From Octopus vulgaris (taxonomy: Eukaryota): 64,000 nucleotides of DNA. This document shows, piece by piece, positions 1 to 12,352 of this stretch. Position 1 is the first letter of the stretch; every line of letters begins with the position of its first letter. The notes beneath the pieces were generated by a model. That model saw only the letters and a program-made list of their open reading frames with translations, had not been told where the DNA came from and made no database searches. Location of the stretch: contig OX597825.1 of assembly GCA_951406725.2 (NCBI GenBank), forward strand, positions 37,014,001 to 37,078,000, in the 5' to 3' direction. The position numbers were made by a program, and so were the translations under genes.

Positions 1-99
1 GTCAGGAGGGGCGGATGGGCAGTGCATATAGACCTTCGTAGGTACTTCAAGATTGGTGGAAGGTATCCTGAAACCGGAGACATAACCTGAATGCTTGCA

Positions 100-1908
100 A
101 TAGAGTGGACCCTGTTAAAAGAGGCAGAAAAGATTAAATCACTTACCCATGTAGGTCAAAGCGTGATTTGAATTCAGAACATATTCATTTTGTAGAGTAC
201 CTGGAACGTAAACAATACCACAATCGTGATGCAAAGTGAGCAAGTGAACTACGGAATGAGTATTGTGTAACTATTTGTCCCCAAACCTATAATATCAACA
301 AAGAACCTTTCCTGACTGTTGTTGCAAAACTAATGAAAAGGGGGTTACTCGAAAGAGACTTGATAGTCGGTTATTGATACAAAAAGTTTATGTTCTACAT
401 GGCGACCCCCGAAAGAATGCTCAACACTGAGCCCGACGTACCAGTGTGGTTGACAGTGGTACATACCGCATTAATCCCTAGGAACATATTCAAAATCTAC
501 AGACCCACAGAATATCTGAATATCATGTATAAATTGTACGCAGGTTGCTTAAATGCTTTCCTTCAGGACCACCGTGAAACATATAATGTGGTGTCTGACG
601 ATCAGACAGTAGGAAATAATGTCTGGGTATGTGGAGAACAACTCCTCATCAACAAAGCTGTTCTCAAGGAAGCGAAACAGTATCACTTAAACCCGTTAAC
701 AATATGGCTAAACTATAAGAAGGTGTTTGACTCTGTTGCTTAATTATGGATATCAATTTGCCTTGTGAATACTATTAAAAGTGTGACAGCAATATGGTCC
801 ACAGAACTATTAAAAAGAACAGAAACTACTACAGTAGTCACTAATAAAATTAGTGTGTCAACAGGAATATTACAGATGTCAGCTCGTCTAATGATTCCCA
901 TAGTTGTAGTGAGCCCCTTGTGAGCCCTGTTAAAGAAATGTAATGGCTACAGGGGCTGCTGAGGATAGAAAAATTAAATTCACTTACGCATTTTTGTTGA
1001 CGACCTCAAGTAGCATCTGTGACACTAAGGGAAGACAATTAGAGCTGGTTGCAACATGCTCATGGGATATAAGAATGGAGTTAGTAAAACAAAGTAAGAT
1101 TGTCAGCCAGACAGAGAATATGAACATCTTTGGCTTGACTATCAGCGACGAATGCTACAGGTGTCTTGGAACTGACGAGAATATCGCATATATTGTCTAT
1201 GTAAGCAAAGCTAGAGTGACAAAAATACATTTCAGCAGACTACGGAAGATGTAGGAATCAAAGCTATCCACACCCAATAACATCATATCCCACAATGCTT
1301 TCGTTGTGCCTGTGCTAGTGTTAACATTTAGCATACTGGACTGGGCAAACGAAGAAATGTGTAGCCAAAGCATCAAAACAAGTGAAGTATTAATAACCAC
1401 TGGTAACTTTTTCATCAACAGTGATATCAACAAGATCTATGTAAAACGGAAGAATGAATGTAGAGGCATAAGACATGTCCAGACAGTCTTAAAGTGCCGT
1501 AAGGTTTCACTCAGACAACACTTATCGAATAGCAAAGAGAAGAAATATGTATATCGGATGTACACGCGAAGGCGAGTAACATTATGAGAGTAAGCAAAAA
1601 ATTCTTGAGTAGGTATTTTAAGTGTACAGATGTTCTATGCGAGGCTAAGGTCGCTGCATGGGCCTACACAAACAGAGACTTGGAGGAGAAATACTCATCA
1701 TACCAGCAGAAAGTAATGCTTGGATACATATCCAGTTGTTGGTATTATAAGTAAGCTTATAATACCAGCAACAGTTACAAAAGTAATAGTAGTCTCTCCT
1801 AGAGTTGAGATAAGTACATAATTTCTCATCTAAACAGGAACAGAAGACTGCCACTAAATACTTGATAAACAAAGAAGCGAGCGAGAGAGAGGGAGAGAGA
1901 GAGAGAGA

Positions 1909-1985
<77 letters not shown>

Positions 1986-2560
1986 AAACCTCCAAACAGT
2001 GTTAGAAAAAATTGATTATGCTATACTAGTGTGGAAAATATCACATCAGAAATTGCTCAAAAATTTCTGTAAGATATTACCTCATCTTGAGACAACATTA
2101 TCGTAAATACAGTTTACAATGCTATGCAAAAGAAAGACTGTCCTGACGGTTATACCCAAAGCACACCAGAACTGGAATGCATTCACACCTATAGAAGAAC
2201 AGATTATTGGTGAAACATCTCAATAAGAACAGTAAGTTGGTGTAAGTACAATACGGCCAGACATTATACTATGGGACTGAAAACAAAGACATTACTGCAG
2301 TAGATGTAAATGTTACTCAAAATATGTAGAAAGAGAGAACATTTATATAGGAATAATAAGAAACTTGTAGCTCTTATACTCAGACAAAAGTTCTTATTTT
2401 TTACGCTTTATTATAGGATCACATAACGGATTTATGTTTCTCCAGAAAAGAACAAACCAAACTAAACTGTGTTCTCTAAATACAATCAATCCGTGGTACA
2501 GTTAAAATTTGCAAAGAGATCCTTCACGCTAGTTTCCCATGCTAAACACATGAGAAATAT
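100..2560 (+). mobile_element. Decayed R4/Dong-clade non-LTR retrotransposon (RT plus restriction-like endonuclease), interrupted by (GA)n at ~1875-1982
   Basis: ORF pieces YRPTEYLNIMYKLYAGCL, CGEQLLINKAVL, IWLNYKKVFDSV (RT), VPVLVLTFSILDW and NSDINKIYVKR (post-RT region); PDIILWD-like motif near 2255; many stops and frameshifts. Confidence 0.75.
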
Positions 2561-3029
2561 GTAAATTGTTCCAGGGACTAACATGCTACAATGGAGCCTC
2601 AGTCCCTGTCTAACTTTGGGCCTCCGGTTCGAGGTTAACTGACACATTGCTTGGAATACAAAGTCGTCACATCTGTGTTATTCATTTACATTTACAAACA
2701 ATGCAGGCTGCATGAAAAGGGATAAAAAGCGCTAGATTTCCTTCATGTTTATCGTAATGTATCTTCATGAAGCAGAACTATAATTAAAGACATACCATTC
2801 TGTAGCGTAGTGAGCAAAAGGAATCGGTAATCTCGACTTGCTTCTCATAATATAATTGAACATTTTTGACTATAGTATCCAATTTATTTTTCATTTCATT
2901 TAAAATGGTTGGGTACTTTTACCCGTTATTTCTAGTAGGCTTGACAACCACATAACTCTTCCTCACTGGTTTGCATAAATGTATATTTGAGTGCGTAACA
3001 TGAGAGAATTAAAGCAAAAATCCAATTAT

Positions 3030-3290
3030 TCTGAGCATGACCCATAAAATAATTAACAGGAAGTTGCTAAAAGCAAATTTAATGATTAAATATGCATTTC
3101 AATGACTTAGCTGGTAATTAAAATGAATTTACTTCAACGGTAATTCAAAATAATTTGCAGACCTTATCTGCAAAGAACGCCTATCAAAACTAAGATTATT
3201 GAAGGGAGGGGATGACATTTATACCTCTTCCAACAGTTAATGAAATATGGGGAAAAAATAATTAATGAAATCCAGTTTTCGAAAATTGCA
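3030..3290. repeat. Old interspersed repeat, with diverged copies at ~26120-26340 and ~32300-32545
   Basis: Shared blocks such as GG(T/C)AATTAAAAT(G/A)A(A/T)TT...ATAATTTG...TGCA(A/G)(A/G)GA in all three places. Confidence 0.5.
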
Positions 3291-3354
3291 GTAAACATTG
3301 CTTTTCAGTTCAAGTACAACAATGAAGCATCTGCATAATCGCTCGACCTATTAT

Positions 3355-3409
<55 letters not shown>

Positions 3410-3422
3410 TACACACACACTC

Positions 3423-3453
<31 letters not shown>

Positions 3454-3839
3454 CATACATATATATGTATATATATATATACATGCGTGTGTATGTATAA
3501 ATATATGAATGTATGTATATCATCAGCGGAGTTCGACATTTTTGGACAAACCCCTTCCTTCCAGTTCCTTATAATTTTAAGTACTATTATAATTTTGTGC
3601 TTTTCGTAAATTAGGTGGTTAGTGGCTCCAATTTAATAATTGAGAAACCACGGTTCAAATTCTGACTATGCCCATATAGGTGTATGTACATGCATGCAAA
3701 TATATATGTTGACTGTATGCGTGACTGTCACTTCCGTGTGTGCCTCTTTATTCACAATAGACGCTACACCACCATCACCAGCTGACACGATTTTTTCGGG
3801 GCGCAGATCCAAGATGGCTTCTCGAGATCGCCGGATGTG

Positions 3840-3884
<45 letters not shown>

Positions 3885-3940
3885 TGTATGTATGTATATA
3901 TATGTCTAATAATATATATATATGCATATATATATATATA

Positions 3941-4975
3941 TTCGTTGTGCTTATTGTCCTGTATCTCTTTTTTTGCTTGTCTTGTTCCTTGGTTTGTATC
4001 TATGTTTTTCGTCTCTCTATGTGTTCGACGTCTTTTTGGTGTCCTGTACACATATATGCGTGTATATGTACATGTAGAGGTAGGTACGTACATATATGTT
4101 TATATATATGCATATGTTCTATTTTATTAACATATTATACGACTAAACGCACGCACCCTATTAAGTAAGATTGTTCTGTTTATCAAGTTAGCCTTGATAT
4201 TAACTCTCACGCGACTCTGCATCTTTCTTTCTTTCTTTCTCTCCCATTCCCTTTTTCGTCTTTTTTTCCCTCACTTAACTTGTCTCTTCCTCTCTCTCTC
4301 CCCCTCACCGTTCTTCATGGTCTCCTCGCACCATTCCCCTTCTTCTCTCTCTTCCTCTTGCTCCTCCTCCCCCATTCCCGTCGTCCATCTGCGACGATAC
4401 TTCCGTCGTAACTGCTATCCTGTCTTTTCTCGCCCGCCTTCAAAGGCTACTGGTCGACATTCTTTCTCTCTCGTCGTCCACTATAATCCAGCGTTTGCAA
4501 TACTTTTTTCGTCTGGCGTTAACAGCCCTTCTTATCTTGTTCTCCTTGTCCTGTCTCTCACTGTTATATATTTATTTTTCCACTGTTTATATATATATTT
4601 TTTACTGTTTATATGTTTGTACTGTCGTTACCGTCTTGCTTTTTTTACCCCTCTGCGAAAAGATCTCAGAATTTTAATTGATTTGCTTTTCGCAGGAAGG
4701 AAGTTTTCTTCGAAGTATACGTCTCGCTTTTATCCTTCGAAACGTTTAGTAGATGAAACCTTAGCGACTGAAGAAGGGGATTTTTCGTTGTGCTTATTGT
4801 CCTGTATCTCTTTTTTTTGCTTGTCTTGTTCCTTGGTTTGTATCTATGTTTTTCGTCTCTCTATGTGTTCGACGTCTTTTTGGTGTCCTGTACACATATA
4901 TGCGTGTATATGTACATGTAGAGGTAGGTACGTACATATATGTTTATATATATGCATATGTTCTATTTTATTAAC

Positions 4976-4978
<3 letters not shown>
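3941..4978 (+). mobile_element. Non-coding partial-tandem (pseudo-LTR) element carrying a permuted hammerhead, embedded in (TA)n
   Basis: 3941-4132 is repeated almost identically at 4784-4977 (period ~843 bp); CT-rich interior; a related minus-strand fragment lies at ~49814-50006. Confidence 0.7.
4716..4781 (+). ncRNA. Non-circularly permuted hammerhead ribozyme candidate
   Basis: GUC 4721-4723, GAAA 4739-4742, CUGAAGA 4768-4774; stem I TCGCT/AGCGA, stem III TATACGT/ACGTTTA, stem II ATCCTT/GGGGAT. Confidence 0.7.
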
Positions 4979-5021
<43 letters not shown>

Positions 5022-5023
<2 letters not shown>

Positions 5024-5119
5024 ATAAGTAAATAAATAGAGTTGAACGCAGATGTTATTCAAATTCTTTTTAAAGAATTTGAATAACATCTGCGTTCAAC
5101 TCCATTTATTTACTTATAC
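5022..5119. repeat. Near-perfect palindrome (48-bp arms, 2-nt centre), probable head-to-head PLE end
   Basis: GTATAAGTAAATAAATAGAGTTGAACGCAGATG... followed by its reverse complement with one mismatch. Confidence 0.85.
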
Positions 5120-5263
5120 TACACAAAATACTGCACATTAATCCGGTGTTTCTACCTTTGAATAGGTCGCAACACCCTTGTTACTTGCGTGAATTTTGCT
5201 ACCCTGGTAACTGTTTATTGAATTTTCCATGTTAACGGTAAACAAAGGATAATTCATTCATCC

Positions 5264-5334
<71 letters not shown>

Positions 5335-5339
<5 letters not shown>

Positions 5340-5892
5340 TTATTCAAGAAGAAAGAGCAGATTTTAAATCTATTTTTAAAACAAACGGTAAGAGACACAA
5401 ACATATTCTACATATTTCTTGATAGGGGAAGGTTTAAAGTTTATAGCTGAACAGAATCGATTGAATTAAGCCTTAAATAAAATACTTTAATTTTGTTTTA
5501 ATGTTTCGTTTTGTTCATTTTATTTAAAGTTGTATAATTTTCATTTGTGTAAACTCTTAGAAAATGGCGATGCCACAAGGAAAGTCTTTTTGTGTGCTGC
5601 AGTTTGAGAAATGCGAATCGATTGTGCAAGTGCAATGTGAATTTCTTCGCCAATTCAATAAAAATCCACCTTGTCACAAGCAAATTTATGAATGGCATAA
5701 AAATTTCACAGAAAAAGTTTCGATGTTTCGATGTTTGTCGAGCAACTCATGGTGCTCATGTTGAGTACATACTACCTTAAAATAAACATTAAATCTTCTC
5801 CCAATCAAGAAATATGTAGAATGTGTTTGTGCTTCTTACTGTTTGTTTTTAAAATAAATTTAAAATCTGCTCTTTCTTTTTGAATAACTCTC
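5335..5892 (+). mobile_element. Internally deleted Tc1/mariner-superfamily element with ~110-bp TIRs
   Basis: Inverted ends TTATTCAAGAAGAAAGAGCAGATTTTAAAT / ATTTAAAATCTGCTCTTTCTTTTTGAATAA; N-terminal HTH KSFCVLQF..CESIVQVQ.EF...FNKNPP joined to C-terminal CRATHGAHVE. Confidence 0.8.
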
Positions 5893-5904
5893 TCAATATA
5901 TGGA

Positions 5905-6197
5905 CTCTCCCGTCGCTAGACGACGTCTGAGAGTTCGACAATTCCTTACTGAACAATCACACACATGATTTGTTTATAGTGATCAAATGTTGTGTAGACG
6001 TAGGCTTATTCACCCTATCAGATCGACATTACCTGTACAGGTACAACAAGTGCCACATGTCAGATGTTGAAATAATCGCAGAGTAAACGTGAAATGAAAC
6101 GCTTTTTTCAAATGCACAGCGTAACACCCGGTATGGGAATCGAATCCACGATCTCACAATCGTGAATGCAACACCTTAATCACTAAGCCATGCACCT
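5905..6197 (-). mobile_element. tRNA-derived SINE (related copy at ~23310-23580, minus)
   Basis: Minus-strand head TGGCTTAGTGATTAAGG...GATTCGATTCCC (A and B boxes). Confidence 0.65.
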
Positions 6198-6318
<121 letters not shown>

Positions 6319-6641
6319 TATATGTAGTATGAGAGTTTTAGTTCGCTGTTGATCTAAACCTGTAGCTACGCTGCGCAAGTGCTATAATTGATCATTCGTT
6401 AGGCTCCAACTTCACAGCTGAGGCTGGAGCTAGGGATCCATAGTATGCTTCCGAGTCAGCGGGTATATATTAAAGAAAGAGTAAAACAAAACCAAGGCAG
6501 GACGAGCATCTCAGGCCATTTAGAATATTTAATTAGAGTAGAGGTAGATAAAAAAATGGGAGAAGTAGAAGTAAGTAATGTGTTACAGCTGTATATTTTG
6601 CGAACTGGAGCGAATCCCAGCTATTTCTAGCGGACGAGTGT

Positions 6642-6688
6642 TCACCACTAAGGATGGGCACAAAAACTGAAACCGTACGGTCTGGTGA
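6642..6688 (+). ncRNA. Type I hammerhead relic (G5A) upstream of a PLE RT
   Basis: TCACCA-CTAAGGA-...-GAAAC-CGTACG-GTC-TGGTGA: perfect 6-bp stem I, palindromic stem III. Confidence 0.6.
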
Positions 6689-6999
6689 TCCCGTTGTCTG
6701 CTAGAAGATGATAGAGGTTCTCTCCTCTGCTTGCGATATATATCGGGTGCAGATTTCATAGATAACCAGTTGAAGGAGATAAATACTTTCAACTCGTTTA
6801 AGCGACGGCTATTGCAAGCGACAGCTATTGATTTGGTTACTACAGAGCTCTCTAACCGCTGCTATCAAATAACATATTAGTATATCTATTCAGTAATACC
6901 AAGACTACCAAAGAGACTTTAAAAATCTTATAAAACACATTATTTGAAGGATATGAGTGTATACAATTATGTCCACTAACACAACTATTTAACTAACAA

Positions 7000-8900
7000 A
7001 TACTGTTATTTATTAAAATCTAATTAGTAATATAACAACTGTTTGTTATTATATTTCAAAGATAACAATTAATCATTGATTACATATAAAAATTTTAAGA
7101 AAGCCGGTAATGTTGTCCACAAGACATTAAACAAATAACTGTGTGACATTAAAAATTCTGACCGATTATTCTAAGAAAAAAATCACATATATTATTGGCA
7201 GCCATAGTAGAGACATATTGCAAATTCTACCATCAGCACTCGTAGAAAAGTAGAATGGAAACACATTCAACGAAGTAAGGTACCAAAGATTGAAAATAAC
7301 ATTTAAATCAAATAGTGCAGACAGAACGGAACAGCGAGCCATATTTCATTTTAAAGGCCATAAAGCAGACTTCGAGCAATAACCATATATTCGCTTAATT
7401 AATCTAACAAAACAGAAATTGACTGAAATAGTAAAAAAAAAATATTAGAATATCTCGACATATTAAACAAGCACCAATTTAAACAATTTGGAACTACACC
7501 AACACAGTAATAGAAGAGTTAAATGTATTAATAGAAAGGAACCACGCAGGTTTCTTCAATTCGACACGTAAAAGTACTATTCATGTATCAATAAATCTTT
7601 ATTGAGAATTGTAAAAAATAAAATATAAAATAAAAATATTACCAATTTAAAAGAAGAAAAATCGAAATATTGATGTTTTCTCGACATATGAATTTTATAG
7701 TGCAACATCGTAATAGGGATAAAGATATCGTTACCAATCCTATTTGATGTTAGCATCGCAGCCCACGATGCAATTGATATTCGTGATTTGTTGGCTCAAT
7801 GTGACTGCCAAATGCTAATAGAGTTATTTCATCTGATAAAAAGAGGTTTTTAAGGAGATGATGGACTCTTACTTCACAACAATATCTACGCACAAAATAT
7901 AAACAATATCTGCATTTTTACTTTAAGTATTATGAATTTAACATAGCAATCAAACACAGCTATGCAGTAGCAGATTTCTTTGATGTTGCTCAGATTTGAA
8001 CAATACATAAAACAATTAAATATACAATCAAATTATTTAATCGCTCTAAAATTATCATAAGTAATAGAAATATAATCAATAAGAGTACGTACATTTCTAT
8101 CATTAAAGAAATATTTAATGAAGCTCTGTTCAAAAGATAACTACGAAAATGATGGATGGAAGCACTCCGTCGGTTACGACGATGAGGGTTCCGGTTGATC
8201 CGAATCAACGGAACAGCCTGCTCGTGAAATTAACGTGTAAGTGGCTGAGCACTCCACAGACACGTGTACCCTTAACGTAGTTCTTGGGGATATTCAGCGT
8301 GACACAGAGAGTGACAAGGCCGGCCATTTGAAATACAGGTACAACAGAAACAGGAAGTAAGAGTGAGAGAAAGTTGTGGTGAAAGAGTACAGCAGGGATC
8401 ACCACCACCCCCTACCGGAGCCTCGTGGAGCTTTAGGTGTTTTCGCTCAATAAACACTCACAACGCCCGGTCTGGGAATCGAAACCGCGATCCTATGACC
8501 GCGAGTCCGCTGCCCTAACCACTGGGCCATTGCACTTCCATTGACTACGAAAATATAAAATATATGAAAGAAAATACAAGCAACTATAACATTAGCATGA
8601 GAAAACGAAACACTACTGTGTACAATCCTACCTACTATTATGCTGTTAAAATACATACAGCAAACTTCTTTTTATAATTATTAAACAATTTCCTAAATAC
8701 TTAGGTGTTATTTTTTTATGCTCTATCAGTCTCACATATCAGTTTCGAAACGTTGTTACCGTACTTGCTTCAGCAACCACATTTGAATTCAACAACATAG
8801 CCCACCCTATACACAACGTTAATTGAAAATGTAGAAATACTAAAATATGCTCAACCAAGTTTAGATGTATGGAAAATGCTAAGTACAACGAAATCGTGTA
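7000..8900 (+). mobile_element. Decayed Naiad-like Penelope element RT region, split by a SINE
   Basis: FDVSIAAHDAIDIRDLL (cf. FDVTMGSYDGAEVCELVG), GDDGL, DFFDV, and after the SINE YNPTY..VK (cf. WFNPPYSKNVKTN). Confidence 0.55.
8160..8540 (-). mobile_element. tRNA-derived SINE with Nin/Deu-like central domain
   Basis: Head TGGCCCAGTGGTTAGGGCAGCGGAC...GGTTTCGATTCCC; body GTGCTCAGCCACTTACACGTTAATTTCACGAGCAGG. Confidence 0.8.
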
Positions 8901-9003
8901 ATACAGAAACATTTATATAAGATAAACAATAGAACTATTCAAAATAGATTAAAATTAATATGCAATAACATTTTGTAACATTAATGTCATAAAATATAAC
9001 CCA

Positions 9004-9043
<40 letters not shown>

Positions 9044-9401
9044 ATGTGTGTGTGTCTGTGTGTATAGAAACTAAGATAATAATGACGTAAAATGGGATGG
9101 AATAGTAAACTAGATAGAACACATTGAAGTGCTAAAAACTAATAATTTACCCTGATAAAAGCAATAACACTTCAGAGGATATCCTCATCTTCCTTGTATT
9201 TTAACTTTCGACTTATGCTATACGTTCATACATACATACATACATACAGGCATGTATACTTACATACAAGCATATATGTATAGATGCATACTTGTACAGG
9301 TACATATAAGCGTGTGTATTCATGAATATACACACAGATATGATATGTTTGTATATGCTTATATCTAAGTATATACATACATACGTACATATATATATGT
9401 T

Positions 9402-9488
<87 letters not shown>

Positions 9489-9635
9489 ATGTGTGTGTGT
9501 GTGTGAGAATGTATATACATATATCAAGATAAGTAGAATTATTTAACTTCAACAGGAAGTTACTTAATTACCTGATTTCCTATTTCGTTTGTGTATGCAC
9601 ACCCACACACATATAAGTACATATGTATTTTTATC

Positions 9636-9741
<106 letters not shown>

Positions 9742-10349
9742 TGTGTGTATATATTTATGAGTATGTGCCCGTATATGCATTTATAGTCTCTCTCTCTCTC
9801 TCACACACACTCACATAGATGCATACTTATACACAAGCGGAAACAGGAAATTAAGTAATTAAGTGATATCCTGTTGAAGTTATCAGTTTCAAAAATATTT
9901 AGAATATACCTACATACCTATATATGTATATATCGAAATGCAAATGAAAAGATATAGAAATACATACATACATATATATATATGTATATATATATATTTA
10001 TGTATATATGTATACACACACACACATATATATATGCATATATATTTATATATACATATGTATATAAAAGTACATATGCATATACACATATGTTTATGCA
10101 TTGTTTATGTGAAATTTTCACTCAACTCAAACATGAAAAATATATTTGGCTCTACAAATATCATAGCTTTCTATCATTTGTGAATATTTTAGCGTTCTAT
10201 AACTTTTATTTATTAAGAACACTCAATATTACATACCGTTAAACACACACATACACCTGCACACACATACACCTACACTCACATACACATGCACACGTGT
10301 GTATTCCAATCATACAATGATTTTATATATATTTCTATATATTTTAACT

Positions 10350-11082
10350 TTGAATTTGTTGTGTAAGAATTTTGATCTGATATCGTGTGTCGAAACCAAT
10401 TTTCGTTTCACCTAGTTCCAAAGTACACCGTATTTGTTTTATTCAATACGTCTATAAAGGGATTTTATCCGGACGAAAATCATACCTTGTGGCGTTTCAA
10501 CTTTATTATTGATAGAGTTTCTACAACAGAGAGGCTTCTGTTGAATAATTCAAATTTATTTTGCTTATGCGTTTCCTTTGCTTACTACTGTTGTTTACAC
10601 AGTGTATATACTTCAGATTAGCAGATTCGATTTCGCTACTGAAATGAAACGAATACGTGATACTGATAAGCCACAAGGTACGGCGAAGTACGTAACTGTT
10701 GATTTTGAAGTTGCTTCAGGGGCGATTTTATATCCTGAAGTACATATATTCTTAAACCTCAATACATATATACATGAATTTTTCCCGGGTAAAAATTGCG
10801 TTTCAGCATAGAACATACACTTAAAGTATTATATTGATAGCGTTTTTACTATAGAGCTGTTTCTACTGCATAATTCAGCTTATTTTTATGTTTCTAATAT
10901 AGTCTATAAACACATTTAGCAGTTACTTTTCGTCTAAGTTTCTATTTGTTCAATAAAGTTGTACCTCTACATCTATCTCCGCAAACATAAGAACAAACCT
11001 CTGAATGTGTCTGCCTGTGTGTGTACGCGCACATGTGACGTGTGTGTGCATGTGTGTGTGTGTGTGCGTGCATGTGTGTGTA

Positions 11083-11119
<37 letters not shown>

Positions 11120-11750
11120 ATGTGGTGGTTTTAGACTTACCTATTAGGTACTGTTGCCGTAGTCTGTGATTAGTGAGTCGTTGCTACATCACTCATTCCT
11201 CAAATTATATTTGTGCAATGTACTCCTTGTATTTTTAGAGATTTTGCAATCTGTCTCTCAGTTGGGTTTTTTGGGTACCTGGAAATAATTTTTACTTCAA
11301 ATTTGTATCGAGCCATTGTATTTCTTTACGGCATGTCGATGGAGTAATGAAGTTTGCTTATCTTTATTGTATTTTAGCCAGTGTTATGCAATTCTTTCAC
11401 GTAAACTGCCTTTTCTCCTATGTAAGTTATGGTTATTTCCCTACATAACCTCATTATAAATGCAGTATGGTACATAACGTTTCTCACTTTATAGTTTAGA
11501 TTTGGGTTGCTTGTGCACATCGGACAGTTGCTTTCAGTACAAGGTGTTTACTTAATGAGTCTAACTGACATAGCAATGAATTTATGGAGATGCCTGCTTT
11601 TTCTACAATTGTTTTTTTTTTGTTTCTAAATTTGTGAGCTAGTTCACCTCTGGGTATAGCATTGACCATCACACCTTGGAATTTGCTTTTCATATGCTAG
11701 AACATTCCTTCTCGCTTGGTAAAACGGCTTTTTTTTACCGTTCATTTCTA
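10350..11750 (-). mobile_element. Highly decayed PLE reverse transcriptase fragment
   Basis: Minus-strand NPFIDVL (cf. LPFLDVL) near 10445 and remnants of upstream RT motifs; many stops. Confidence 0.35.
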
Positions 11751-12204
11751 GTCTGGTCCAGAATTTGATCCAGTATATGGGCCACTCTCGATTAGCATTA
11801 AAGGAAATAATATTTCCAGACTTTTCTGAATTACACACAAACACCCAACACACACACATACACACACGCACAAAACACGCACGCACGCACGCATGCACGC
11901 ACGCACGCATGCACGCACGCACACGCGCTCGTATGCACTCACATGTAACAAGTCAGACGCAAGTCAGTCAGTGTTGTTGAATGTTTTGATTAAATTTACA
12001 GCTTTAATTAGGTTTGCCCAGAGTTTCCTCTCTTCGGTGTTTCCCACTGATAACGGATAAAGAGCTGGAAACGTATTAGGGAGTCCGGCGTGGAGCAGCG
12101 CTGGACAGATATGATGCATTTGCACCTTTTTACCACAGAGGAGAACTTTTCCTTCACGGTGCTTGCGGTGGATGAGGTTGAGGTAAGTCACAAGTATATT
12201 TTAT

Positions 12205-12268
<64 letters not shown>

Positions 12269-12307
12269 CGAAAGAAGGTTTGAAAATGCAATTTAAAAGA
12301 TGTTTAT

Positions 12308-12352
12308 TTACTTTACCGGTTTCACTCTTTGGAAAAAGATTGTCAAAAGTAA
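12308..12352 (-). ncRNA. Type I hammerhead with U3-A8 core variant
   Basis: TTACTT-TTGACAA-T-CTTTT/AAGAG-T-GAAAC-CG-GTA-AAGTAA. Confidence 0.6.

Noticed and set aside
4194-5027. 277-aa hydrophobic ORF
   Set aside because: Arises from T/C-rich low-complexity repeat sequence; no recognisable domain; overlaps the ribozyme element.
8470-8540. tRNA-like sequences (also ~3613, ~6130, ~17640, ~30447)
   Set aside because: They continue into SINE bodies and lack a clean cloverleaf; SINE heads rather than tRNA genes.
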